DNA of 64,000 nt from Planctomycetota bacterium (lineage in GTDB: Bacteria; Planctomycetota; SZUA-567; H5-PLA8). Each line of letters opens with the position of its first letter. Within the stretch, counting starts at the first letter, position 1. The stretch lies in contig JBBRPR010000010.1 of the NCBI GenBank assembly GCA_038227875.1, positions 32,001 to 96,000 on the forward strand, written 5' to 3'. The notes below the pieces were generated by a model, which worked only from the letters and a program-made list of their open reading frames with translations, searched no databases and was not told the origin of the DNA. Shown piece after piece: positions 17,842-26,210 of this stretch. The translations under genes were made by a program, and so were the position numbers.

Positions 17842-18417
17842 ATGGGGGAAGCGGAGTGTAATTCGCTCGTCGCAGACATCCGCGAAAAAGGGCAGGTCGA
17901 ACCGAGCTGGACGCTCCACAGGCAGGTCATCGACGGCCGCCACCGCCTCAAAGCGTGCAGGATTCTCGGCATCGTGCCGAGGACACGCGAATGGGACGGC
18001 GTCGGCTCGCTCACCGAGTTCGTCGTCTCCGCGAATCTGCGGCAGCGGAACCTCAAGGAAAATCAACGCGCGATGGTCGCCGCGCGATTGATGCCGCAGT
18101 TCGAAGAGGAAGCGAAAGCGCGATCTAGAACCGGCGGAGTGGTGGATTCTAACCACCGGATAAATTTATGCCGAGGTAGGTCCCGCGAACTCGTTGGAAA
18201 GCTCCTCAGCATTTCCGGAGGACGTGTCGACTTCGGCTGTAATCTGCTCGATAAAGGCACGCCCGGCCTGATCGCTCGCGTCGATCAGGGCAAACTCACG
18301 ATTCCCCGCTCCCGGATTCATCAATCATCAATCCTGGTTCATCGTTCCGCCCGCCCCGACCGCGCCAGTACTTCACGCCTGAAAAATATTTTTAAGATTC
18401 TTCTAAAGTCGCTGTAG
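17842..18417 (+). pseudogene. ParB/Sulfiredoxin-like N-terminal domain fragment (phage/MGE type), probably degenerate
   Basis: L.ADI...GQ.EP, IDGRHRL.AC..LG, FVVSANL..R.L...QRAM.AA.L; no clear RBS, the N-terminal HP..FP.M start is eroded and the C-terminus drifts into non-homologous sequence. Confidence 0.6.
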
Positions 18418-18523
18418 TCCTCTGGCCGATACGTCCCGTACCGTCCAGTACCTGTCTTGGGCGGAAACGCGAACAATTAAGTGGGGGGAGGCGAGCTGCC
18501 CTTAGCAGCCGGAGGCCTTTGTC

Positions 18524-18949
18524 ATGGCGGAAAATACCGCGGAGTGCGCAACTGTTATTGGTCAGGACGTGGTTATTAAAGGCGAGATCACGGTCGAGAA
18601 GGGCCTGCGGGTCGATGGCACGATTGAAGGCGCCGTCACCACCAAGGGCAAAGTTCATGTCGGCAAGACCGGCAACCTGGCCGCGGAAGTCAACGGCGGT
18701 TCGGTCACGATCGAAGGCAAGGTGAAGGGCAATGTCACCGCCACCGATCGCGTGACCCTGGAAGCCACCAGCAATGTCTACGGCGACCTCAACGCAACCA
18801 AGCTGATCGTCAACGAAGGCGCGACATTCGTGGGCAAGGTCAACGTCGGTCCCGATGCCGTCAAGGGCGCCGCTGCCGGTGGCGTTCCCGCTGCAGTCGC
18901 TCAACGCATGGGCAATCAGACCGCTCCCGTGGCGAACGGAAAGCACTAA
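18524..18949 (+). CDS. bactofilin (polymer-forming cytoskeletal protein, CcmA family)
   Basis: TVIG....IKGEI....LRVDG.IEG, IEGKVKGNV.A, V.GDL....L.V.EGA.F.G; GGAGG RBS. Confidence 0.93.
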   Translation: MAENTAECATVIGQDVVIKGEITVEKGLRVDGTIEGAVTTKGKVHVGKTGNLAAEVNGGSVTIEGKVKGNVTATDRVTLEATSNVYGDLNATKLIVNEGATFVGKVNVGPDAVKGAAAGGVPAAVAQRMGNQTAPVANGKH

Positions 18950-19047
18950 GTCGGATTTTGGCATTGAGGCTCAACGTTTCTGCCACGGACGCTTTTCGTC
19001 CGTGGTCATGATCGACAGCCATTCAAGCCAGGAGTCGACACCGCTAC

Positions 19048-19503
19048 ATGGGTCTATTCGGCCGCAAAGACGCTGGTCCGAAGATCGTCTGCTGCCCCAA
19101 CTGCAGCGGTTCGCAGGAGGTCTCTGCGTCCGCGCAGTCGGTGGTGTGTCGTCACTGCAATGTGACGATTAAAGTCTGCGATCAGAAGATCACCAATTAC
19201 TCCGCGACCGTCGCGCTGGAGATCACCGGGTCGTTGGTGATCGAAAAGAAGGGCGCGCTGGTCGTGCAGAAACGCGTCGTGGCCTCCGACTTGACCCTCC
19301 GCGGCTCGCTAAAGGGAAATTCCGTCGTCTACGAAAAAGCTCACATCGCCGCCGGCGCGCAGCTCGTCGGCGACCTGAAGGCCCGCGTCCTCACCGTTGA
19401 AGACGGCGCCACGCTCAAAGGTTTCCTCAGCGTGGTTCCCGGCGACGGCAGTGTGATCATCGAACGGCCGAAGGAACTGGCCGGACGAGTTCGAAGCGGG
19501 TGA
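19048..19503 (+). CDS. bactofilin with an N-terminal zinc-ribbon (CxxC...CxxC)
   Basis: CPNC...CRHC followed by G.L.G, GDLKA..L.VEDGA.L.G. Confidence 0.85.
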   Translation: MGLFGRKDAGPKIVCCPNCSGSQEVSASAQSVVCRHCNVTIKVCDQKITNYSATVALEITGSLVIEKKGALVVQKRVVASDLTLRGSLKGNSVVYEKAHIAAGAQLVGDLKARVLTVEDGATLKGFLSVVPGDGSVIIERPKELAGRVRSG

Positions 19504-19587
19504 TGTCTTTTACGGTGTCGTTGGTCATCGGGTACGGATCATCAGTTGGTTGCGGCTGACGCCGCGTCCCCGTTGATTGTTTTCTGA

Positions 19588-19622
19588 ATGTCCCATGTCC
19601 CATGTCCCATGTCTCATGCCCC
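19588..19622. repeat. heptamer tandem repeat (ATGTCCC)n
   Basis: Three perfect and two imperfect units. Confidence 0.85.
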
Positions 19623-19640
19623 GTGATGAATGGCCCCGTA

Positions 19641-19680
19641 AAATAAAACGCCCTCGCGAAAGCGAGGGCGTTCTGTTTTC
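19641..19680. terminator. bidirectional intrinsic terminator
   Basis: AAAACGCCCTCGC-GAAA-GCGAGGGCGTTCTGTTTT between convergent genes. Confidence 0.8.
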
Positions 19681-19691
19681 GGCAAACCCGA

Positions 19692-22600
19692 TTACTGGGA
19701 GGACCATTTATTCTTCAGCGGGATGATGACTATGCTGCCGTCGCCGCCGAAGAGAGCCGTGGATCCGGCAAACAACGTAATAGTGGTAGGGTAGCTGGAG
19801 TTCTTGCCGCTGGCTGCTCCAGACAATGGAATGCCTGTGCCGGTCGCTCCGCTGGATGGCAACACGCCGGTCGTGTAGGAGCCTATGCCTCTCTTAAGGT
19901 CGAGAGAAAATGCCGTGATGGGTGAGCCCCTTGGCGCCTTGCCCGTGACCTTGCCATTCTTCACCGTCACCGGAAGCGTGCTGCTGAAGCCTGAACCGAC
20001 GCTGATGGTCACGGACGTGATGGTATTCGCTGCGATCGACGAACTTCCCGGCGGAATCGCCACGAAGGACACCTTCCACGCATCGCCGGTCCCGCCTTTG
20101 TCATCCGCACCGCTGATTTTCGTTACGTCGAATGCGCCACCCAGGTTGTCACTGGCCTGACCGCTGTAGACGAGGGTGTGGGACTGGTTTTTGCCAACCT
20201 TATCGGTGCAGGAGAGAATCTGCGTGCCATCCAATACTTTTCCGATGCTCAATTGGGCCGTGATGGCCGTCCTGGGGCTGGTGATCGTGCCCAAAGCTCC
20301 ATTCAGGTTCACTTTAGTGACCGTAATTGCGAATATTCCGCCCTTCTTTAGGCTGGCTTTAATGACCGGGGTTGCGCCTCTTGGAGATACTGCGGATCCC
20401 TTGCTATCCAGGACTACCGTCGCCACGTAGGTCTGAACGCGAAACGAGATCGAGCTGCCGCTCAGCGCTGGAATCGCAGTGTTCAGGTTAGCGATACCTT
20501 TGCAGGAGAGACTGTCTTTGCCGGCGCCAAAATTCGATTTGATCGTCATCGACGTAATGACCACAGTGTTTGAAAGCTGGAGGTTCAAGTTGCTCGTGAC
20601 ATTCAGGGTGATGGCCTGGATGGAGGCCGAGCCATCGAGCGACTTTGCGACTGTGCCCGTCGAATCCGTGCAGGTTGCCTGGAATGCAACCAGTCCGGGT
20701 TGAAGCGGGATGCCCGAGACGGTTCCGTTGACCGTGTTTAAATGCAGGCCGATGGAGTCCAGGTTGGCGAAGGTGGTGCTGTTGCCGTTGGTGGTCACCG
20801 TCACACTTCCGTTGAGCGCGAACGTGTACGGCGGTGTGCCGCCGATGACATCCAGAGTGCTCGAATATTCGCGATACCGGGCGGCATCCTTTAATCGGCT
20901 CACATTAAAGCGGAAGGCACTTGTACTGGAGGTAATATCGAATGCCGCAGAAGTTGCGGACGTCAGTGCGCCATCGCTGGCGGTCAGTGTGTAGCCTGTC
21001 CCGGGACTGAAAATCACGAGGTTGCTGAAGGTTGCAACGCCATTGATGGCCGCGACGGAAGTCGTGCCGCTGAGCGTGCCGCCGCCGGGGTTCGTGCCGA
21101 TGGACAGCGTGACCATCGAGGTATCGGTGGTCACGACATTACCGTTGGAATCCAGGACCTGCACGGTGACCGCCGGCGTGATCGCCACGCCCGACACCGC
21201 GCTGCTGGGTTGGACGAAGAAACCCAGCTTGCTCGGAGGCGGCGGATTGACCACCGTGGCGACTTGCACCGCGGCGCCGCTGCTGACGCCATTGGCCGTG
21301 ACGACGGCCGTGAAGCTTCCCGTGCTCGTGGGTTTGGTGGAGAAAATGACGGTCAGGGATGTGGGTGTGGCCGCGGTGACGCTCCCGACCGCGCCGTTAT
21401 TGAAGACGACGCTGTTGTTGCCGGGCGTCGGGCTGAAGCTGAATCCGGCGATGACGATGCTGGTTGCATTCGAGAGCAGATTGGTGGTGTTCGCCGTAAC
21501 CACCGGCGTGACCGTGGCCACCTGCACCGCGGCGCCGCTGCCGATGCCATTGGTCGTCACGACGGCCGTCAAGCTGCCGGCGCTGAGCGGCTTGGTGGAG
21601 AAGGTGACCGTCAAAGAGGTGGTGCTGGCGAGGGTGACCGTACCGACGGCGCCATCGTTGAACGCGACGGAATCATTGGCAGCCGTCGCATCGAAATTGG
21701 TGCCGTTGATGACGATGGTTGTTGAGTTGGCTGCCAGGTTGGCCGTGTTCAATGTTACCGTCGGCGGGTTCACCACCGTGGCCACTTGAACGGGAGCGCC
21801 GCTGCTGACGGCATCGGTCGTCACGACGGCTGTCAATGCGCCGGGAACCAGGCCCGTTAATGAAGTCACCGTTAGCGTCGTGGCCGTAGCCGCCGTGACC
21901 GTGCCGGTTGCGCCGCCGTTGAAGACGACCGAATTGTGAGCGGGAATCGCGTCGAAGCCAGTACCGTTGATGGTCAACGTGGTTGCACTAGTCGAGAGGT
22001 TGGCGGTGTTGGCCGTTACGACGGTCGCGATGCCGTTGACCAGGACTCCAGTCGTTGAGGGGAGTCCGTTCAGCGCCAGCAGCGCGTTGTTGGCGCCGGC
22101 GTCTTTGATCGTCCCGCCACTGAGTGCTCCGACGGAAATGCCGTCGGTGTCGCGGTCTCCGCTCGCGACGGGGTAGCGGAAGACCAGCGCATTGGTTCCG
22201 TTGCCGGAGAGAAAATTGGCCTGCACGGGACTTGCGCCGATGGTCAAGGCGATGCTCGGAGTTCCCGTTACGTTCACGATGTCACTGAAATGTACGGTGA
22301 AGTCCAGATTCTGGGTGGCGGTGTACGTGCTGTTGGCCGGCACGTCCACGGACGTGACCGCCACGATTTCAAACGCGCCCAGATCCGCGGCATCGGCAGT
22401 CGTCCGGGGTCTGGCAATGCCACGTTGGTCGGTGGTCGGTGCCAAACCATTGGTTCCCGCGTCGATGGCGGGGCTGCCAAAGGCAATGGACAACGTCTTC
22501 GTTGGGCCACCGTTGCTCGCGAACGATCCGAGGAGCGGATCAGCCGCAATCACACCCGACTGATCGAGCGTGCCGGTGTTGCCAATGGTATGTTGAACGA

Positions 22601-24074
22601 TGTTTTTTGCGCTGGCGTCGCATGTGGCGGTCTGCGCGCCAGACCCCTGCGTGTTGGTGATTTCGAGGCCCAGTCCGAGTGCATCGGAAACAATGCAGTT
22701 CTGGAGTGTCAACGTCGCCGCCGCCGCGGTGATCCCGTTGGTGGCCGCTTGAGTCAGATTGTAGAGGTCGGAGCCGCTATCGGCTGTGTTCTTGGCGACG
22801 GTGACGTTGGTCAAGGTCATCGTTCCGTTCAGATTAAACACCCCCCCGCCATTTCCAGTCCCTGACGAACTGGGCGTACCCACGCTCGCAGTTCCTCCGT
22901 TACCTCCGAGCGCGCTGTTTCCGAAAACGGTGCTGTTGATGAGGGTCACGGTGCCTTGCAGATTGAAGACCGCGCCACCCGCTCCGGTGCCGCCGCCACC
23001 GCCGCCACCGCTACCCGTGCCGCCATTGCCTGCGCCAAATCCGCCGTTGGCGGTGCCAGTAAAACTACCGCCGCCGCCACCGCCGAAGCCACCCGCGCCG
23101 CCGGTATTCAATTCACCGCTGCCGCCACCGCCGCCGCCGAAGCCACCTGCTGCGCCGTCTGCCGCGCTGGGAGAACCACCGCCGCCACCGCCAATTCCGC
23201 CCGCGCCACCGGCGCCGCTATTTCCCGGCCCGCCGCCGCCGCCGCCCGCCCCCGAGGCCGTACCGGGTTCAGTGCCAGTGCCGCTCGCGCCGCCGGTGCC
23301 GCCTGTGCCGCCTGCTCCCCCCGCCGAGACCGTGCCCGCGCTGCCGGCCGTTTGCGTGCCGCCGCCGCCGCCGCCGTGACTTCCCGCAGACGAGCTATTG
23401 CTGAATCCATCTCCGCCGTTGCCTCCGAGTCCGCCGCCACCACCGCCGGCGCCATTAAAGACAGTTTGATTTTCCGCGCCGCCGTCACCACCCGTGGCGG
23501 TGTTGCCCACCAGAGTACAACCCTGGATCGTCAGCGACCCGGCGTTGAAAATCGCGCCGCCCAATCCCGCACCGCCGCCACCGCCACCGGCGTTGCCGGT
23601 CGTGGAGCCTCCCGTGCCGCCGGTGGCCACTCCATCTTGTAGAGTAATGTTATTGAGCGTGAGGTTGCCGGTCGATTTCACCGTAAACAGGCGCATATTC
23701 ACCGTGCTGCGACTGATCGTAATTCCGTTATTGCCTGTCGGTCCTTGGATCGTGAGCGTGGTTGCCGCTGGGACCACCAGCGCCGACGGGCCGAATGTAA
23801 AATCGCCGGCGATGGTCAGCGTAATCGTGACTGGGCCGCCCGCGACCAAGGTTGGATTGAAGACGATGGTGTCGCCAGAGCTGGCTCCAACTACCGCGCT
23901 GCGTAAGTCCGCCGCGCTCAAGTTTGGCGCGGAACCGGTCAACGCCGTCGCGGCCGCATCGCCGCTGCCCTGGACAGTAATCGTCGATCCCAGCGCCATG
24001 CTCGGTAACATCACGAGCAGGAGTAGGGAGAAAATACGGCAGGGAGAAAGGGGAGACTCAGCGAGACTCTTCAT
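19692..24074 (-). CDS. large secreted surface protein: Gly-rich region, choice-of-anchor-Q-like motif, Ig/IPT-like repeats, putative-Ig and a shared C-terminal module
   Basis: Signal peptide from ATG 24074; GGxGG tracts; DPLLG....NGGPT.T......SPAIDAG...DQRG..R...D.GAFE; three ~87-aa VT.NT.NL...AT..VI.G..F repeats. Confidence 0.85.
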   Translation of the reverse strand: MKSLAESPLSPCRIFSLLLLVMLPSMALGSTITVQGSGDAAATALTGSAPNLSAADLRSAVVGASSGDTIVFNPTLVAGGPVTITLTIAGDFTFGPSALVVPAATTLTIQGPTGNNGITISRSTVNMRLFTVKSTGNLTLNNITLQDGVATGGTGGSTTGNAGGGGGGAGLGGAIFNAGSLTIQGCTLVGNTATGGDGGAENQTVFNGAGGGGGGLGGNGGDGFSNSSSAGSHGGGGGGTQTAGSAGTVSAGGAGGTGGTGGASGTGTEPGTASGAGGGGGGPGNSGAGGAGGIGGGGGGSPSAADGAAGGFGGGGGGSGELNTGGAGGFGGGGGGSFTGTANGGFGAGNGGTGSGGGGGGGTGAGGAVFNLQGTVTLINSTVFGNSALGGNGGTASVGTPSSSGTGNGGGVFNLNGTMTLTNVTVAKNTADSGSDLYNLTQAATNGITAAAATLTLQNCIVSDALGLGLEITNTQGSGAQTATCDASAKNIVQHTIGNTGTLDQSGVIAADPLLGSFASNGGPTKTLSIAFGSPAIDAGTNGLAPTTDQRGIARPRTTADAADLGAFEIVAVTSVDVPANSTYTATQNLDFTVHFSDIVNVTGTPSIALTIGASPVQANFLSGNGTNALVFRYPVASGDRDTDGISVGALSGGTIKDAGANNALLALNGLPSTTGVLVNGIATVVTANTANLSTSATTLTINGTGFDAIPAHNSVVFNGGATGTVTAATATTLTVTSLTGLVPGALTAVVTTDAVSSGAPVQVATVVNPPTVTLNTANLAANSTTIVINGTNFDATAANDSVAFNDGAVGTVTLASTTSLTVTFSTKPLSAGSLTAVVTTNGIGSGAAVQVATVTPVVTANTTNLLSNATSIVIAGFSFSPTPGNNSVVFNNGAVGSVTAATPTSLTVIFSTKPTSTGSFTAVVTANGVSSGAAVQVATVVNPPPPSKLGFFVQPSSAVSGVAITPAVTVQVLDSNGNVVTTDTSMVTLSIGTNPGGGTLSGTTSVAAINGVATFSNLVIFSPGTGYTLTASDGALTSATSAAFDITSSTSAFRFNVSRLKDAARYREYSSTLDVIGGTPPYTFALNGSVTVTTNGNSTTFANLDSIGLHLNTVNGTVSGIPLQPGLVAFQATCTDSTGTVAKSLDGSASIQAITLNVTSNLNLQLSNTVVITSMTIKSNFGAGKDSLSCKGIANLNTAIPALSGSSISFRVQTYVATVVLDSKGSAVSPRGATPVIKASLKKGGIFAITVTKVNLNGALGTITSPRTAITAQLSIGKVLDGTQILSCTDKVGKNQSHTLVYSGQASDNLGGAFDVTKISGADDKGGTGDAWKVSFVAIPPGSSSIAANTITSVTISVGSGFSSTLPVTVKNGKVTGKAPRGSPITAFSLDLKRGIGSYTTGVLPSSGATGTGIPLSGAASGKNSSYPTTITLFAGSTALFGGDGSIVIIPLKNKWSSQ

Positions 24075-24277
24075 CGGTCGATGCCTTTCGCAAAGGTGTA
24101 AACCCGGAAACTCTTGCCCATCTGCAAGAGCTCGCGTTGAACGCAAAGATGTATTCTGTGTCATTGAAAGGAAAATTAGATATAGCGCAATTATATTCCG
24201 CGAATATGTGCCGATATTTTTTCGCTGTATGAATCAAAAAGGCGGGGGGAGACGTTGAAGAAGACGCTTTTCGGCCC

Positions 24278-24311
24278 ATGAAAAACGCCCCCGAGTGGGA
24301 GCGTTTCTCAT
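24278..24311 (-). terminator. intrinsic terminator (minus strand)
   Basis: Minus strand GAAACGCTCCC-ACTC-GGGGGCGTTTTTCAT. Confidence 0.7.
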
Positions 24312-24450
24312 TGGCCAGGCCTGGTCTTGGGGGCCATCCTGGCGTGCCAGCGTTATGTGCCTTCACTCAAATGCATGCGGCGGACAAAGGCTCGACGCGT
24401 CACGGCTGGCTGGACACGCCTCTTAATCGCCCGCTTAGGGGGAACTCGAT
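24312..24450 (-). ncRNA. candidate rod-shaped structured RNA (family unassigned)
   Basis: Nested stems GGGC/GCCC, GGCGUG-U-CCAGC/GCUGG-CACGCC and GCCUUUGUC/GA(G)UGAAGGC; the G-U pairs of the innermost stem work only on the minus strand; followed by a terminator. Confidence 0.35.
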
Positions 24451-24531
24451 CGCAAAAAAGACGCGCGGTGCGAAAGGCTCTTCAGGAAAGAAAAAATAAA
24501 AGTGAAGGCACGTGTGCGTGCGTCGGAAATG

Positions 24532-25032
24532 TCAGCCGTTGAGGTGCGTGCGGGACGTTTCGAAACGACGTTTGGGCATCGGTTTACGAACTTTTTCTGC
24601 AGGTTCGGCGGGTACGGGCGTGGCCGGAGCGCCGTCTTTTTTCACGCGCAACTTTTTCGACGCGACGGTCATCAACGACTGGCCTAAGAGCTTGGAATGA
24701 TGGTCGCTCAAGCCCTTGAGGCTCACGCCGAAAATGAATTCCGTCGGCTGCAGCTGCACCCAGCGGACTTCAGCGGCCGGAACCAGGATGCCATGCATTT
24801 CCGGTGGTTCGGTAATTTCCACGGTAAGCACCCGGCCCGGTTCCAGCGCAGCGCGCCAGCCGTCCACGGCTTCCGATGAGAGTTGCGAAAGACTAATGCG
24901 GCACTGGCAGCCGCCTTCGCTGATGTCGGTGAGTTCGCAGTGAACGCTGCCGGCGCCGAGATGTTTGATCAGTGCCGTTCCGCGGTCGAGCCGAAGTCGA
25001 ACCTTGCCGCGCGGAACAATCTTGGAACCCAT
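24532..25032 (-). CDS. PilZ-domain protein (c-di-GMP receptor candidate)
   Basis: RGKVR (RxxxR) and DISEGG (DxSxxG), AEVRW, FGV. Start ATG 25032 after GGAGG, or 25047. Confidence 0.82.
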   Translation of the reverse strand: MGSKIVPRGKVRLRLDRGTALIKHLGAGSVHCELTDISEGGCQCRISLSQLSSEAVDGWRAALEPGRVLTVEITEPPEMHGILVPAAEVRWVQLQPTEFIFGVSLKGLSDHHSKLLGQSLMTVASKKLRVKKDGAPATPVPAEPAEKVRKPMPKRRFETSRTHLNG

Positions 25033-25284
25033 GGCTGTTGCCTCCACTTTCTTTATGATCGGCTGAAGGTGGTGTAAAGTCCACGAGAAAGCGCGCTAAA
25101 GCGCGAGGGTCAGTTCGCTCGCCAACAGCTGCGAGCGAACCAACGGGGGTCAGGGGCCAGGGGGCAGAGGTTGGGACAGGCACGGCGAGTAATTTCAGTT
25201 CTGTGCGTGGTGGGTGCGAGTAGGCAGGTGGCAGTGGGCAAGACCGTTGCTTGCGCTTTTACGCAGGGTGTTCACAATTCAGTT

Positions 25285-25319
25285 TTCGACATTCGACATT
25301 CGACATTCGACATTCGACA
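25285..25319. repeat. heptamer tandem repeat (TTCGACA)x5
   Basis: Five perfect units just upstream of the IMPase start. Confidence 0.9.
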
Positions 25320-25332
25320 TTCCGAGATTCCC

Positions 25333-26136
25333 ATGATTCCCGATCTGCATCAATTGCTTCACATTGCCAAGGACGCGGCAGAGATTGCGGCGGAGGTTCA
25401 TCGCGGGGTGCGGCGGGAGCGGTTGGATGTTCAGACGAAAGGGTCGATCGCCAATCTCGTCACGGAGATCGATCACGAATCGGAACGGAAACTCGTGGCG
25501 TACATCCGCGAGAACCGGCCGGACGACGGCATACTCGGCGAAGAAGGCTCGAGCGTCGCGGGAACGTCAGGCATCCACTGGGTGATCGATCCGCTCGATG
25601 GCACCACGAATTTTGTCCATGGGTATCCGCACTTTGCGGTTTCGATTGGCGTGGAAATCCACGGCAAGCGCGCGCTCGGTGTGGTCTTCGACACGGCCAA
25701 CGATCACCTCTATTCGGGGATTATCGGCGAGGGCGCGTGGCGCGATGGGCTGCCGATTTACGCGAAGACGGAGACGCAGCTCGACCGGGCACTCGTGGCG
25801 ACAGGATTTCAGCCGGACATGGCCGTCCGGCGGATCCAGGCCGCCATTGCGGCGGACTTGCTGCCACAGATCCGCGACATTCGCAGAAGCGGTTCGGCGG
25901 CGTGCGATTTCTGCGCGGTGGCGTCGGGGGTGCTCGACGCCTTTTACGAAAACGGGCTGAGCCACTGGGACATTTCCGGCGGGGCGGCGATCGCCGAAGC
26001 GGCCGGCGCGCGGGTGATTGAGCGGCCCTCACCGGTCGTGACGCGCCCATTGATGCTTTGTGCCAATCCGGGGCTGGCGGAGGCGCTTTTGGCCAGAATC
26101 GACGCGGCTGAAAAGAGTTGCGTGTCCGTGCCTTGA
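25333..26136 (+). CDS. inositol monophosphatase family protein (SuhB-like)
   Basis: VTE.D..SE, GEEG, WVIDPLDGTTNF.HG.P, R.GSAA.D...VA.G..D..YE..L..WD..G. Confidence 0.93.
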   Translation: MIPDLHQLLHIAKDAAEIAAEVHRGVRRERLDVQTKGSIANLVTEIDHESERKLVAYIRENRPDDGILGEEGSSVAGTSGIHWVIDPLDGTTNFVHGYPHFAVSIGVEIHGKRALGVVFDTANDHLYSGIIGEGAWRDGLPIYAKTETQLDRALVATGFQPDMAVRRIQAAIAADLLPQIRDIRRSGSAACDFCAVASGVLDAFYENGLSHWDISGGAAIAEAAGARVIERPSPVVTRPLMLCANPGLAEALLARIDAAEKSCVSVP

Positions 26137-26210
26137 CGCCCGGTGTGAAAACCGCTAAACCCTAACTTGTTTCTAATTCTAAATGCTTTCTTTCGAAAGG
26201 GCGATCGCGC

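Noticed and set aside
17790..18417. Intact prophage or plasmid partition locus
   Set aside because: No integrase, parA, structural genes or att repeats seen.
22960..23630. Poly-Pro plus-strand ORFs or a PE-PGRS gene
   Set aside because: Mirror of the Gly-rich tract of the minus-strand surface protein; no PE domain.
24075..24277. c-di-GMP riboswitch upstream of the surface protein
   Set aside because: No class I (GGCAAA..GAAA..GACGCAAAG) or class II consensus found on the coding strand.
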